Shown here: in pieces, positions 30,648-41,436 of the stretch
How positions within the stretch are numbered: the stretch's first letter is position 1
Layout of the letters: each line of letters opens with the position of its first letter
NCBI GenBank assembly: GCA_963662405.2
Contig: CAXXKT010000001.1
Coordinates: forward strand, 736,001 to 800,000
DNA length: 64,000 bases
Direction: 5' to 3'
Origin: Syntrophales bacterium
GTDB lineage: Bacteria > Desulfobacterota > Syntrophia > Syntrophales > UBA2210
Notes under the pieces: generated by a model
What the model saw: only the letters and a program-made list of their open reading frames with translations
Databases searched by the model: none
What the model was told of the DNA's origin: nothing
Translations under genes and position numbers: made by a program

Positions 30648-32906
30648 CTATTTTTTCAATTCTTCTTTCACTGCCTGCCCGATTTGTTGCAATTTGAACG
30701 GTTTCTTGATGTATTGGCCCGCCCCCAACTGTAAGGTTGCCTTCACCTCGTCCGTTGCGGCGAATCCGCTGACGATGATGGCCTTCTGGCGGGGGTGTAT
30801 TGCCAGTATCCGTTCATATGTCTCACGACCGTTGATTCCCGGGTCCATGATCATATCGAGGAGTATCAAATCCGCGGTATGTTCTTTCAGGTATTCGACG
30901 GCATCCTCTCCACTGGACATGGCATTCACCTTATAGCCTAATTTATCAAGCATCTTACAGGACATTTCTCTCTGGGTTTCCACATCATCAACGACCAGGA
31001 TGGCCTCCCCGTGTCCTGTGTAATCATCGGGAGGGGCGGATATGGATTCGTCAGACACATCGATGCGGGTGATCGGCAGGTATACCTCAAAACTCGTGCC
31101 GTTCCGGTCGCTTTTCACGTCTATGTAGCCTCCATGATCCCGTATCACGTTCCATGTCACGGCAAGACCCAGACCGGTTCCGCTTCTGCCCATCACTTTC
31201 TTGGTATAAAACGGTTCAAATATCCGCTCGATGTCGTCTGCTGATATTCCCGCACCGTCGTCCGATACGGACAAAACCGTATATTCGCCTTCGATTACAT
31301 AACTGTACCCCCTTAGGGGTTTATCGACATAACGATTCTCCGTTGCTATTGTCACCGTCCCAGCACCATCAATGGCTTCCGAGGCGTTCCATATCAGGTT
31401 CATGACTATCTTCTTTATGTGAGCAGGGGACCCCTCTATGTTCAGCAGATTGGAATCAAGGTTGCTGATGACGGTTACCGCCGGGTGAAATTGTTTCAGC
31501 TTTGCATGTTCCGGGGAATGCAAATAATTATTGACCACATCGTTCAGGTTCAGCGGTTGTTTCGTGGTAGCCACCCCCCGTGCCACGGTCAATAGATCCT
31601 GGACAATCGCCACCGCTCTCTGTCCGGACTCCTGTATGGTCTCAAGGGGCTTTCTGAGCGTGTTGTCTTCGGGCATGTCCATCAGGAGTAGGTCGGGGTA
31701 ACTGACAACGCCCGACAGTATGTTATTCAGATCATGGGCGACTCCGCCCGCCAACAGTCCGAGGGACTCCATCGTCTGGGATCGCTGAAGCTTGGCCTGG
31801 AGCACTGATTTCTCCTCCTCTGCCTCCACACGTTCAGTTATGTCCCATACGATACCCTCGAAATGCGTGATCTCTCCTTTGTCGTTTCTCCGAATGAAAG
31901 TCATGTCCTCAATCCATTTGATCCCCCCATCTTTCGTGAGAATACGATAAGGAGTATGATGAAATTCAGGTCTGCCTTTTCCCTCAGCATAGGTTGCAAC
32001 TTCCACCATCACCTTTTCCAGGTCATCAGGGTGAACGATCCGAGCATATGTAATCTTACCGGAGGTGAACTCATCCGCTTCATAGCCAAACAACCGTTTT
32101 ACATTGTTTGATGCAAATTCTATGGGCCACCCTTTGACATTCTTCCACAGAAAGGCAACCACCGGGCTCCTGTTGATGATCGTATGGGCCTCTTTGGCTG
32201 CTTCTTCCGCTTCTTCTCTCGCCGCCATTTCCCTCCGGAGGCTCAAATTGGATTCTTCGAGATTCCGTGTCTTGTCTTCAAGGAGGGAAAGAGATTCCTT
32301 GAGACGGTCGAGAAACATCTGAGGGATGAAGACGAATCCGACCGCCATCATGGCAAAAAATGTCCCGGAAGTGGCCCAAGCAAGCGCTGATGTTGAATTC
32401 AGCATATCTTTCTCGTGAATGGGCAAGATCCCCGAGATCAAACAAAAGGCCACGCAGGTGATTACCACGATGCTGACCCCGACGATGACAAGAGCGGTCC
32501 TGACTCCCCAGAATACCGCCGACAGCAGACAGACCAACATCACGATTTCGACACCGATTCCACTGAGACCGATCCGCATCAGGACCGTGACAGAGGCCAG
32601 ATAGAGTCCGCCAACAAGAACCCAGGCACGGACGGGAAAAGGAATCTGACGATCCAGGATGAAGGCCATACAGACTATGCCGTACAGACCGAGATAGACG
32701 GCGGCAAACAAGAACCTGCCCTGCAGAGAGGCCTGTATGGCTCCTAAGAATACGGCGAGAAACCCCATGGTAAATATGGGCCATTTCAACTTCATGAGGA
32801 GCCTGTTCCGCTCCTCTAGGATCTCCGGCCGGTCAGGTGCCGCATGGGTACGATCAGAAATGTATGGTCTTGAATCTGTCATAACACTCTTCTCCTCAAT
32901 ACGCAT
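30648..32906 (-). CDS. Membrane hybrid sensor histidine kinase (TM-PAS-HisKA-HATPase-REC)
   Basis: Several TM helices, VHPDD/WDITER PAS-PAC, AHDLNN H-box, GTGLGL, LDMIM receiver. Confidence 0.92.
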   Translation of the reverse strand: MRIEEKSVMTDSRPYISDRTHAAPDRPEILEERNRLLMKLKWPIFTMGFLAVFLGAIQASLQGRFLFAAVYLGLYGIVCMAFILDRQIPFPVRAWVLVGGLYLASVTVLMRIGLSGIGVEIVMLVCLLSAVFWGVRTALVIVGVSIVVITCVAFCLISGILPIHEKDMLNSTSALAWATSGTFFAMMAVGFVFIPQMFLDRLKESLSLLEDKTRNLEESNLSLRREMAAREEAEEAAKEAHTIINRSPVVAFLWKNVKGWPIEFASNNVKRLFGYEADEFTSGKITYARIVHPDDLEKVMVEVATYAEGKGRPEFHHTPYRILTKDGGIKWIEDMTFIRRNDKGEITHFEGIVWDITERVEAEEEKSVLQAKLQRSQTMESLGLLAGGVAHDLNNILSGVVSYPDLLLMDMPEDNTLRKPLETIQESGQRAVAIVQDLLTVARGVATTKQPLNLNDVVNNYLHSPEHAKLKQFHPAVTVISNLDSNLLNIEGSPAHIKKIVMNLIWNASEAIDGAGTVTIATENRYVDKPLRGYSYVIEGEYTVLSVSDDGAGISADDIERIFEPFYTKKVMGRSGTGLGLAVTWNVIRDHGGYIDVKSDRNGTSFEVYLPITRIDVSDESISAPPDDYTGHGEAILVVDDVETQREMSCKMLDKLGYKVNAMSSGEDAVEYLKEHTADLILLDMIMDPGINGRETYERILAIHPRQKAIIVSGFAATDEVKATLQLGAGQYIKKPFKLQQIGQAVKEELKK

Positions 32907-33140
32907 GAACAGAGCAATGCGTTGCGAGTACTTGGCAAGAAATTCTTTTGTCGGGTAGGGATGAGGTCTGGTCTGCTAAGAACTTCTTCTTCGAAAAAAA
33001 GATGGATCTGGGAAAAATCATTGCTTCACATAGTGGCTAACATAAAAAAAATGGCTTTGCCAGTCAAAAAATGATTATACGATCGGAAGGCCCGGCCGGT
33101 GCGGATTGTTGGGTTGTATTACCCATGTTGTCGTTTTGCC

Positions 33141-33169
33141 TTGACAATGGAGCGCTCCTCCGGTATGAT
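33141..33169 (+). promoter_or_regulatory. Sigma-70 promoter
   Basis: TTGACA-N17-TATGAT. Confidence 0.75.
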
Positions 33170-33224
33170 ATTTATCTGAAATTGAAGTTGGTTTCAGAGT
33201 TATTATACTGAGTGATTTTACCGG

Positions 33225-33254
33225 AAAGCAGGGTGCCTATAGCCCTGCTTTTTT
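33225..33254 (+). terminator. Intrinsic terminator about 55-85 nt after the promoter
   Basis: AAAGCAGGG-N9-CCCTGC-TTTTTT. Confidence 0.75.
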
Positions 33255-33302
33255 GTCTGACCCGTTCCGGGAAATCCCTTCTCCCGCACATAAAGGATTA
33301 TC

Positions 33303-33746
33303 ATGACACAAGACAAAGACAGGACCCCCGTCGCACAGGATATTACCACCCTCTGCACGAAGTGCAAAATGGAGCTCAATCACACCGTTATTGCCCACAC
33401 CGAGGACGGAATCGTCGCACGGGTTCAGTGCCGCACCTGCGGAAGTGAGCACAAATATCACCCCGAAAAGAAAAAGGGTTCTCGGAAAGCCGCATCAGCC
33501 ACCGGGAAAACTCCCCGGCAGAAGGCGGCGGGCAGAAAGACGTCCACCGTGCCCGACCTTGCGAAGCTTTTGGAAAAGGTGAAGGACAAAACAACGGTCC
33601 CCTACAGCATGTCGGGAACGTTCCGGGTGAATGACGTTATCGACCATGCAACCTTCGGGGTTGGACTCGTGATGAAAACATCTCGTCAGAGAATTAATGT
33701 CTTATTTTCCGATGCCCTTCGGACTCTGGTGTGCGGCGGGGAATGA
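33303..33746 (+). CDS. Hypothetical protein: Zn-ribbon, basic linker and Tudor-like (HxxFGxG) C-terminus
   Basis: CTKC...CRTC, Lys-rich linker, VIDHATFGVGLV. Confidence 0.75.
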   Translation: MTQDKDRTPVAQDITTLCTKCKMELNHTVIAHTEDGIVARVQCRTCGSEHKYHPEKKKGSRKAASATGKTPRQKAAGRKTSTVPDLAKLLEKVKDKTTVPYSMSGTFRVNDVIDHATFGVGLVMKTSRQRINVLFSDALRTLVCGGE

Positions 33747-33828
33747 TTTCAACTCACCCGTCGGTTTGGAGCCAAACACCCCCTTCCACCCCTTGCTCTT
33801 TCCTTACAAATCCTGTATTTGTCAAGTC

Positions 33829-35247
33829 ATGAGGCTGAAAACGACGGAGACCGCAAGGACATACCGGGGCAAGGCGTTGATTGCCGATCCGATATATCAG
33901 TATATCCTGTTTACCGTACCCTCACCCGAACTTCCGCCGGAAGCAACGGAGCAGGATCTGATCGACTCCCCCTGGCTTCAACGGCTCAGAAGGATCTATC
34001 AGCTCCAGAGTGCGCGCTGGGTATACCCCTCGGCGGAGCATACCCGGTTTCAGCACTCCCTGGGGACGATGCACATGGCCGGTGAGTTTGGCAGGCATCT
34101 TTACCCCGGACTCAAAGAGGTCTTTCCCGATCTGCCCTCTATTCACTTCATGGAGGAACTCCTCCGCGTGGGGGGACTCCTCCATGATGTCGGTCACGGA
34201 CCGTACGGGCACTTCTTCGACGATCATTTCCTCAGCCGGTACAACCTGACCCACGAGGTGATGGGACAACGGATCATCACGGAGCGACTGGGAGAGTTGA
34301 TCGGCCGGATACGGCGGAGCCCCTCGGGTTTTTTCGATGAAGGGGAGCAGCTTGATGCCGAACAGGTCGCCTTCCTGATCAAGAAGCCGGGAGATGAAGG
34401 CGGGGCGCAACCCGGATGGCTCTCCTTTCTCCGCCAGCTCTTCTCCGGGGTCTACACCGTGGACAATCTCGACTACGTCCAGCGGGACGCCTACATGACC
34501 GGTTTTTCCATGGATATCGTCGATACCCAGCGCCTCCGCTTCTATACCTTCTTCACGGAGAAGGGGCTCACTCTCCACCGGGCGGGGATCTCGGCCCTCA
34601 GCCGGTTCCTGAACGCCCGGCTGAATCTCTATTCCAACGTCTACTTTCACCGGACGACGCGGGCCCTGGACCTTCATCTCCAGGAGTTTTTTCAGGAATC
34701 CATAGACATCATCCTCCCCGGTAACCCGGCTGAAAGCCTGGACGCGTACCTTGCATGCGACGACTGGACCCTCTTCAGCGAGGTCAACCGGTGGCCGGGA
34801 GCGGAAGACGAGAGGAAACGGGAGCTGGGGAAACAGTGGGAGAAACTCCATAGGAGGCAGGTACAATGGAAGATGTCCTATTCGGCGGAGTTTTTCATCG
34901 AGCGGGTCCAGAAGGGAATCCGCTTCGCCGGCGTTGATGAATATGAACGGCAGATCCGCGACACCCTCCCGGCTGACCTGAAGGATCTGGCCTTCCGCGT
35001 GGACCTCGCGACGCAGGACCCGCGACCGATCAATCCGATGGCGGAGGGAGACAAAAAGATCAATATCTACAATCCCTCAACCGAGACCATATCCCTCGAA
35101 CCGATCAATGATATCTACCGTTTTATCCCGGCACGGGTCATGCATTTCCGGGTCTTTTCCCTCGACCACCGCCACGACGAGGCCCTGACCGTCGCGACGG
35201 AGGCGGTACTCGGGTCGCTCGGTGAGATTATCACCACGAATGTCTGA
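33829..35247 (+). CDS. HD-domain phosphohydrolase (COG1078/SAMHD1-like dNTP triphosphohydrolase family)
   Basis: QRLRRIYQL, HTRFQHSLG, LLHDVGHGPYGH, DNLDY, VYFHRT. Confidence 0.88.
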   Translation: MRLKTTETARTYRGKALIADPIYQYILFTVPSPELPPEATEQDLIDSPWLQRLRRIYQLQSARWVYPSAEHTRFQHSLGTMHMAGEFGRHLYPGLKEVFPDLPSIHFMEELLRVGGLLHDVGHGPYGHFFDDHFLSRYNLTHEVMGQRIITERLGELIGRIRRSPSGFFDEGEQLDAEQVAFLIKKPGDEGGAQPGWLSFLRQLFSGVYTVDNLDYVQRDAYMTGFSMDIVDTQRLRFYTFFTEKGLTLHRAGISALSRFLNARLNLYSNVYFHRTTRALDLHLQEFFQESIDIILPGNPAESLDAYLACDDWTLFSEVNRWPGAEDERKRELGKQWEKLHRRQVQWKMSYSAEFFIERVQKGIRFAGVDEYERQIRDTLPADLKDLAFRVDLATQDPRPINPMAEGDKKINIYNPSTETISLEPINDIYRFIPARVMHFRVFSLDHRHDEALTVATEAVLGSLGEIITTNV

Positions 35248-35409
35248 ACGGGGAGGACCCTCCCGTTGTTTGCAAAGGACAGCAAGCCGGTCCGTCATTG
35301 ACGGTAGCTCACTCATGTTATCATCGGACTGCTCAACCGAGTACGGTCAGGGTGCCCCACCGCTGTGAGCTGTTGCAACCGCGTTGCACTGATGCCCGGT
35401 TCTCTCTCA

Positions 35410-36927
35410 TCAGGTGATAAAGAGGTTCTTCGTGGCAAAATTCGGATCACTCGTCAAATTGACCCCCAGACGCCGCAACCCCGCCTCGTCTCCCGGCGTG
35501 GGGATATGCGTCATATGGACCTCACAACCCCTGAGTTCCTTGAGCTTCTCGATGGCGAGCTGAGCCGCCGGGTTCGTCGTCGCGCTGATTCCCAGCGCGA
35601 TCAGTGATTCGTTCAAATCGAGGCTGACCGCGACCTCGCCGAGGATCTCCGTCTTCAGCGCTCGGACCGAATCGGTGATGTTCGGAGGGAGCAGTTTGAT
35701 TTTCTCCGGCACCCCCGCCAGGTATTTAATCGCATGAATAACGAGGCTGGATGCCGCGTGCATGAGGGGAGAATTGTTTCCGGTGATGACGGTCCCGTTC
35801 GCCAGTTCCATGGCGGCCCCGCAGTAAATTCCCTCGTTCCCCTTGTTCCGTTCCTGCGCCAGAGTGGCGGCATCGCGCGCTGGTTGGACGACCCTCCTGC
35901 TCTCCGGTTCGAGCCGAAAATCCTTGACGAAAAGCTCGACCCGCTGGACGGTTTCCTTGTCCGCAAGCCCGACGGCATACTCGCACCGATACCTGAAATA
36001 GCGCCGGATCACCTCCTGTTTGGCCGCCTCCTGTGTGGCCTCGTCGTCGACGATGGCAAGGCCGCAACAGTTGACGCCCATGTCGGTGGGCGATTTGTAA
36101 AATGCCTCCCCTCCGGTGATCTTTTCGAGGATCCTGCGGAGAACGGGAAATGCCTCCACATCACGGTTATAATTTACCGCCTTGCGCTCGTAAGATTCGA
36201 GATGGAAGGGATCGATCAGGTTGATATCACCAAGATCCGCCGCCGCCGCCTCATAGGCGATATTGACCGGATGTTTCAGGGGTATATTCCATATCGGGAA
36301 AGTCTCGAACTTCGCATACCCCGCCTTGATCCCCCTTCGATAGTCGTGGTACAGCTGTGAAAGGCAGGTTGCCAGTTTGCCGCTACCGGGACCGGGGCCG
36401 GTCACGATAACAAGGGGTCTGTCCGTCTCGACATAAGAATTCGCCCCATACCCCTCATCGCTGACGATGGTATCCACTTCCGTAGGATATCCCCGCGCGA
36501 ACCGGTGCGTGTAAACCCGTACCCCTCTCCGCTCCAGTTTATTCTTGAAGAGAATCGCCGCCGGTTGATTTTCGAAACGGGTGATCACAACGCCCAAGAC
36601 TTCGAGTCCCCATTCTTTCAGATTGTCTATCAGCTTCATGGCGTCCGAGTCGTAGGTGATCCCGAAGTCCGCCCGCATTTTCTTCCGCTCGATATCTCCG
36701 GCATAGATGCACAGGAGGATCGCCGCCTTGCCGCTCAGTTCCTTCAGGAGCCTGACCTTGACATTCGGATCGTACCCGGGGAGAACCCGCGCGGCATGGT
36801 AATCGTAAAGGAGTTTCCCTCCGAACTCCAGATATAAACGATGGTCGAAACGCTCCACCCGTTTTAGGATAGCAGTTGTCTGTTCCCGGAGATATTTCTC
36901 GTTGTCAAAGGCAATCGTTCCCGTCAT
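35410..36927 (-). CDS. DUF1846 family protein with a P-loop-like motif
   Basis: LYLEFGGKL, GPGSGKLATCLSQLYH, YAKFETFPIWN, SPTDMGVN. Confidence 0.88.
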   Translation of the reverse strand: MTGTIAFDNEKYLREQTTAILKRVERFDHRLYLEFGGKLLYDYHAARVLPGYDPNVKVRLLKELSGKAAILLCIYAGDIERKKMRADFGITYDSDAMKLIDNLKEWGLEVLGVVITRFENQPAAILFKNKLERRGVRVYTHRFARGYPTEVDTIVSDEGYGANSYVETDRPLVIVTGPGPGSGKLATCLSQLYHDYRRGIKAGYAKFETFPIWNIPLKHPVNIAYEAAAADLGDINLIDPFHLESYERKAVNYNRDVEAFPVLRRILEKITGGEAFYKSPTDMGVNCCGLAIVDDEATQEAAKQEVIRRYFRYRCEYAVGLADKETVQRVELFVKDFRLEPESRRVVQPARDAATLAQERNKGNEGIYCGAAMELANGTVITGNNSPLMHAASSLVIHAIKYLAGVPEKIKLLPPNITDSVRALKTEILGEVAVSLDLNESLIALGISATTNPAAQLAIEKLKELRGCEVHMTHIPTPGDEAGLRRLGVNLTSDPNFATKNLFIT

Positions 36928-37102
36928 ATTCTTCCCTCTCCTGTTCAGAATAAAAGGTGTCAGGTGTAATATGGCTATCCCGAGCGCAACAAGACCTCAC
37001 GATGCGGGCGGAGCACACTATTTCGCTCATCGGACGGTTTCTCTTTTGGTGATCGAAGTTTCTTCCTGATACGTATGTGTGGGAGTCGATTTGCTACCCG
37101 CT

Positions 37103-37915
37103 TCAGTTGGTATCTTTTTCTTTATCCTGTCCCCGCTTGAGTGCGATACCAGCGGCAAACCGCGCCTGGAGCTTCCGCATCCCCTTGAGCCACCGGTCGT
37201 AATCAGAGGTCTTCCTTTGCATGTAGGTTTCGACCTCGGGGTGGGGAAGAATCAGGAAGGTATCCGCCTTGAATCCCTGTATCACCGCATCGGCGAGCTG
37301 CTCGGGTTCCATCAGCCCGTCAACCCCCGCCACGCCGCCGCCCTCATGAGCACGTGTCATCTCGGAACGCACGGCCTGAGGACAGAGGGCAAAGACCTTG
37401 ATCCCCTGATCTCCGTATGTGATATCGATATTTTCCGCCAGCCCGACCGCCGCGTGCTTGGTCACCGAGTAGGGGGCGGATCCGATCTGGCTGAGAAGTC
37501 CCGCAGCCGAAGCCGTCATGAGCAGCGCCCCGCCGCCCCGCTCGATCATGCGGGGGATAATCGCCCGCGCCACATAGACGTGGGACAGGACATTGATCTC
37601 CCAGATACGCTGCCAGGCATCGTTGGGGGCCTCTACCCCTCCCTGAACCAGGATCCCGGCATTTGAACAGAAAAGATCGATCGGGCCGACTCGTTCCTCC
37701 GTGGATTCGATCAGATGTACTACATCTTCTTCCCTGCTGACATCACAGGGTACAGCGATCCCCTTGATTTCTCGGGCAACGGTCTTCGCACCTTCTTCAT
37801 TCAAATCGGCAACGACCACCGCCTTCGCGCCTTCCCGGGCAAACCGCTGACAGAGGGCCCGGCCGATACCGCTGGCACCCCCTGTCACCACAATAATCTT
37901 CCCCGCAATTTCCAT
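37103..37915 (-). CDS. Short-chain dehydrogenase/reductase
   Basis: TGGASGIG, SNAG, YSVTK. Confidence 0.92.
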   Translation of the reverse strand: MEIAGKIIVVTGGASGIGRALCQRFAREGAKAVVVADLNEEGAKTVAREIKGIAVPCDVSREEDVVHLIESTEERVGPIDLFCSNAGILVQGGVEAPNDAWQRIWEINVLSHVYVARAIIPRMIERGGGALLMTASAAGLLSQIGSAPYSVTKHAAVGLAENIDITYGDQGIKVFALCPQAVRSEMTRAHEGGGVAGVDGLMEPEQLADAVIQGFKADTFLILPHPEVETYMQRKTSDYDRWLKGMRKLQARFAAGIALKRGQDKEKDTN

Positions 37916-38034
37916 GGATCTTCCTCTCCTGAAGTGATTTAGGAGCGATGCCCCACCGGAGTGATTATTGTTTCTTTTCGATAAAATCAAGGACAAAGAA
38001 TCGGAGAGAGGGCTTCGTCGACAAAAAGTGAGCG

Positions 38035-39114
38035 CTATTCAAACAGTTTTAGATACTTGCCATATCCCTCCTTTTCCATCTCTTCCCGGGGGATAAAGCG
38101 CAGGGCGGCTGAATTGATGCAGTACCGCAGACCGGGCGGGTCGGGTCCGTCGTCAAAGAGGTGCCCGAGATGCGAATCGGCGTGTCGGCTCCGCACCTCC
38201 GTCCTGACCTCGGACAGTTTCCGGTCTTCTCTCTTCACGAGTGCATCGGGGCTGATCGGTCTTGTGAAGCTCGGCCAGCCGGAATGGGAATCGTATTTGT
38301 CGCGCGAGCTGAAGAGGGGCTCTCCGGATACCACATCGACGTAGATCCCTTCCCGTTTGTTATCCCAGTACAAGTTGTCGTAGGGACGCTCCGTCCCCTC
38401 CTCTTGCGTCACCTCGTACTGAAGGGGGGTCAGCGTCTCGAATATCTCGTCGGCAGGGGGTTTTCGGAAGGTGCACACGGGGGGCTTTTTCGTGTCGTGC
38501 CACACCTCTCCGAGGTACCGCTCACGTCCCGACCCCACCCGGTACGCCTCGTACCGCGCGGGATTTTTGCGGGCGTTATCCTGGTGATACTCCTCCGCCG
38601 GGTAGAAACCGGAATAAGGAATGATCTCGGTGACGATGGAACGGTTGTACCGTCCCGAGGCGCTCAGCCCCCCCTTCGATGCCTCTGCCAACCGTTTCTG
38701 TTCATCAGTATGGTAGAAGATGACGGACCGGTACTGAGGGCCCCGGTCGGCGAAGGAACCTCCGGGGTCCGTCGGATCGACGTTTCGCCAGTAGATATCG
38801 AGGATCTGCCCGTACGTTGCCCGGGTCGGGTCATAGGTGATCTGAACCGCCTCATAGTGACCGGTAAGTCCGGAAGAGATCTTCTCATAGGTCGCGTCTT
38901 CTTCGGAACCACCCGCGTACCCCGCTACCACCTTGATAACGCCATCAAGCTCTTCGAAAGGATGTTCCATACACCAGAAACACCCCCCGGCGAAGGTGGC
39001 CTGCTCAGTCTTCTCTTCCGTACCCATGGCAATGCCCCCCCTGAAATGATCCGCAACACCACACACGATCAACAGACAGACTATCGTCACGAACGCCCGA
39101 GATATCCTTTTCAT
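38035..39114 (-). CDS. msrAB: Fused peptide methionine sulfoxide reductase MsrA/MsrB with N-terminal signal or anchor
   Basis: [37 protein letters not shown]. Confidence 0.95.
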   Translation of the reverse strand: MKRISRAFVTIVCLLIVCGVADHFRGGIAMGTEEKTEQATFAGGCFWCMEHPFEELDGVIKVVAGYAGGSEEDATYEKISSGLTGHYEAVQITYDPTRATYGQILDIYWRNVDPTDPGGSFADRGPQYRSVIFYHTDEQKRLAEASKGGLSASGRYNRSIVTEIIPYSGFYPAEEYHQDNARKNPARYEAYRVGSGRERYLGEVWHDTKKPPVCTFRKPPADEIFETLTPLQYEVTQEEGTERPYDNLYWDNKREGIYVDVVSGEPLFSSRDKYDSHSGWPSFTRPISPDALVKREDRKLSEVRTEVRSRHADSHLGHLFDDGPDPPGLRYCINSAALRFIPREEMEKEGYGKYLKLFE

Positions 39115-39143
39115 GATACCTCCTCACCACATGATGCATCCGC

Positions 39144-39704
39144 TTACGCGCGTCTGCCGGGGAGTTTCCACGCCACGACCCCGATGATGACGGCGACGAT
39201 CAGGGCGGGAATAAGCCCCGGGACACCCCCGAGCAGTGCCGGATAGGACGGATCAGGCGTCTGGGCCAGGGTGACTTTCCCGCCCAGGATATTCTCCAGG
39301 AGGCCGGTGCCCTGGATGCGCGCGTACGCGAGCATATACAGATACGCCCCTACCAGCCCGCCGAGGAGGAAAAAGATCGCATCTTTCCGGCCGTCCCCGA
39401 GGGCTGCCGTACTGGTGCTGGGGCAGTACCCGGTGAAGGGCCAGGCAAGACCCATGATGATCCCGCCGATCAGGACCCCCCAGTAGCTGGCCTTGACATC
39501 CAGGTGCCCCGGATCGATCACACCGAGGGTAAAACCCACGAAGAGCAAGGCACTGGCGATCGCGATGCCGAAGAGGATCGCCTTCATCAGATGGAGGTCG
39601 GCCAATCGGAGCATGTTAATGATATTGTGGGGGTTGGATGCGCCGATACGGTGAAGGACAAACCCGAATGCCGCGCCGAGTATGATCGCTAACAATATAG
39701 ACAT
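39144..39704 (-). CDS. YeeE/YedE family half-size membrane protein
   Basis: GAAFGFVL, GGIIMG...GYCPST. Confidence 0.85.
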   Translation of the reverse strand: MSILLAIILGAAFGFVLHRIGASNPHNIINMLRLADLHLMKAILFGIAIASALLFVGFTLGVIDPGHLDVKASYWGVLIGGIIMGLAWPFTGYCPSTSTAALGDGRKDAIFFLLGGLVGAYLYMLAYARIQGTGLLENILGGKVTLAQTPDPSYPALLGGVPGLIPALIVAVIIGVVAWKLPGRRA

Positions 39705-39719
39705 AATACACCTCCTTTC

Positions 39720-40283
39720 TTATCGCCGGTACAGCAGGATGGCAAGGGGAATCGCCGTCAGGAAGACCCCGATGGCAAAGAGATAACCGCTGATCGAAGT
39801 CTGCATCATACCACTCATCGTGTGTCCGCTCATACAGCCCCCGGCCAGTCTGGCACCGAACAGTATCAGCACGCCACCGACAAATGAGACAATGTATCGT
39901 TTCGGGCCCTCGTTGCCGAACCGGGACCGCCATACCTCAGGTGCAACACGGTCTTCCGCGGTCGGTCGCGGCCCCCCGGTCAGTGCCGACAGAAAGGCAC
40001 CAAGGATCATGCTCAACACAAAGATAAAGCTGTAGTTGAATGGTTTGACGATGTTCTTCGCGTACTTCCCGCCGCTCTTGTTCAGATAGGCATTTGTGCT
40101 GGCATACCCCGATTTTGCATCCGGATTTTTGATAATCACATCATCGGAAAGGGCATTCCAGACAATCCCATCGAAAATCACAAACTGGGTCGATACGCCG
40201 ATGGGCTTGACCAGTAAAACCGCGAAGAAAAAGACCAAGCCGAGGGCGATTCCACCCCTGAACCAGTTCCACTGCCCTTTCAT
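39720..40283 (-). CDS. YeeE/YedE family half-size membrane protein
   Basis: KPIGVST, FGARLAGGCMSGH. Confidence 0.85.
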   Translation of the reverse strand: MKGQWNWFRGGIALGLVFFFAVLLVKPIGVSTQFVIFDGIVWNALSDDVIIKNPDAKSGYASTNAYLNKSGGKYAKNIVKPFNYSFIFVLSMILGAFLSALTGGPRPTAEDRVAPEVWRSRFGNEGPKRYIVSFVGGVLILFGARLAGGCMSGHTMSGMMQTSISGYLFAIGVFLTAIPLAILLYRR

Positions 40284-40650
40284 AACATTCCCTCCTTGTT
40301 GTTATGCGTGGGTTATCAAACGGTCAGGAACGAACGAGGCACGAAACATCAAACGGCATCGTCCGGCCTGCAACCCTTTGCACATCCTAGCCGCATGCTG
40401 ACACCATACCATCGTGTTTGCAATGTGGAATAAACCAATAATATGAAAAGTATACGGCTTACACTGGGTGAAAATTATGCCATAAACCATGCAAAACGTA
40501 AAGGATATTTATAGGGGCATACAGTTGTTGATTTTCGACTCGAAGCCATAGTTACGGGTTGCCACTGAGGAAATAAATGGTATAGGATCTCTTCATTGAG
40601 TTGACTCCTCGGGCATTGCTGCCGTGCATTAACCATAAGGAGAAACGTTT

Positions 40651-41412
40651 ATGCGTATCATCGATCTGTCGGCTACCATCGAACACAGCCCTGACGGGGT
40701 ACCGGATTTTCTGAGAACGGAAATCGCATATCACTGCCATGCCGACGGGGCGGCGGGCATTGAGGCCCTCTTCAAGGTTCCCCCCGCCCTTTTGCGTGAC
40801 GGTGAGGGGTGGGCGACAGAGACGATTGCCCATCTGGGTACCCACAGCTCGACCCATGTCGATGCCCCCTGGCACTACAACAGCCGTATCCGGGGTGAAC
40901 GGGCTCCCACGATAGACGAATTGCCCCTCGAGTGGTTCTTCGGCGACGGGGTCAAACTCGACATGACCGCTAAGGAGGAGGGAGATCCGGTTACCGATGC
41001 GGACATTACACGGGAGTTGGCCCGGATCGGGTACACACTCAAACCATTTGACATCGTCCTGATCAACACCGGGCGGGATGTCTATTACGGGCAACCCGAT
41101 TATATCTTCAAGGGGTGTGGGGTGACGCAGTGCGCTACCCGGTGGCTCTACGACCGGGGGATCAAGGTCATGGGGATCGACGCCTGGGGGTGGGATTCCC
41201 CGCTGGACCGCCAGGCCCGGCAGGCCCTCGAAGCGGGTGAGCAGGGAATCTTTTGGGAAGCACACCAGGCCGATCTCCCCTATTCGCACATCGAACGGCT
41301 GGTCAACCTGGGAGGACTTCCCCCCTTCGGGTTCTCCGTCTCCTGCTTTCCCCTCAAAATCAAGGGCGGCAGCGCGGGACCGGCGCGGGTGGTGGCGATC
41401 CTCCCGGAATAA
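40651..41412 (+). CDS. Cyclase family (kynurenine formamidase-like) metal-dependent hydrolase
   Basis: HSSTHVDAPWH, GIDAWGWD, HIERLVNL, GSAGPARVVA. Confidence 0.9.
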   Translation: MRIIDLSATIEHSPDGVPDFLRTEIAYHCHADGAAGIEALFKVPPALLRDGEGWATETIAHLGTHSSTHVDAPWHYNSRIRGERAPTIDELPLEWFFGDGVKLDMTAKEEGDPVTDADITRELARIGYTLKPFDIVLINTGRDVYYGQPDYIFKGCGVTQCATRWLYDRGIKVMGIDAWGWDSPLDRQARQALEAGEQGIFWEAHQADLPYSHIERLVNLGGLPPFGFSVSCFPLKIKGGSAGPARVVAILPE

Positions 41413-41436
41413 TGCACAACAGAAAGGAGCTTTTTT

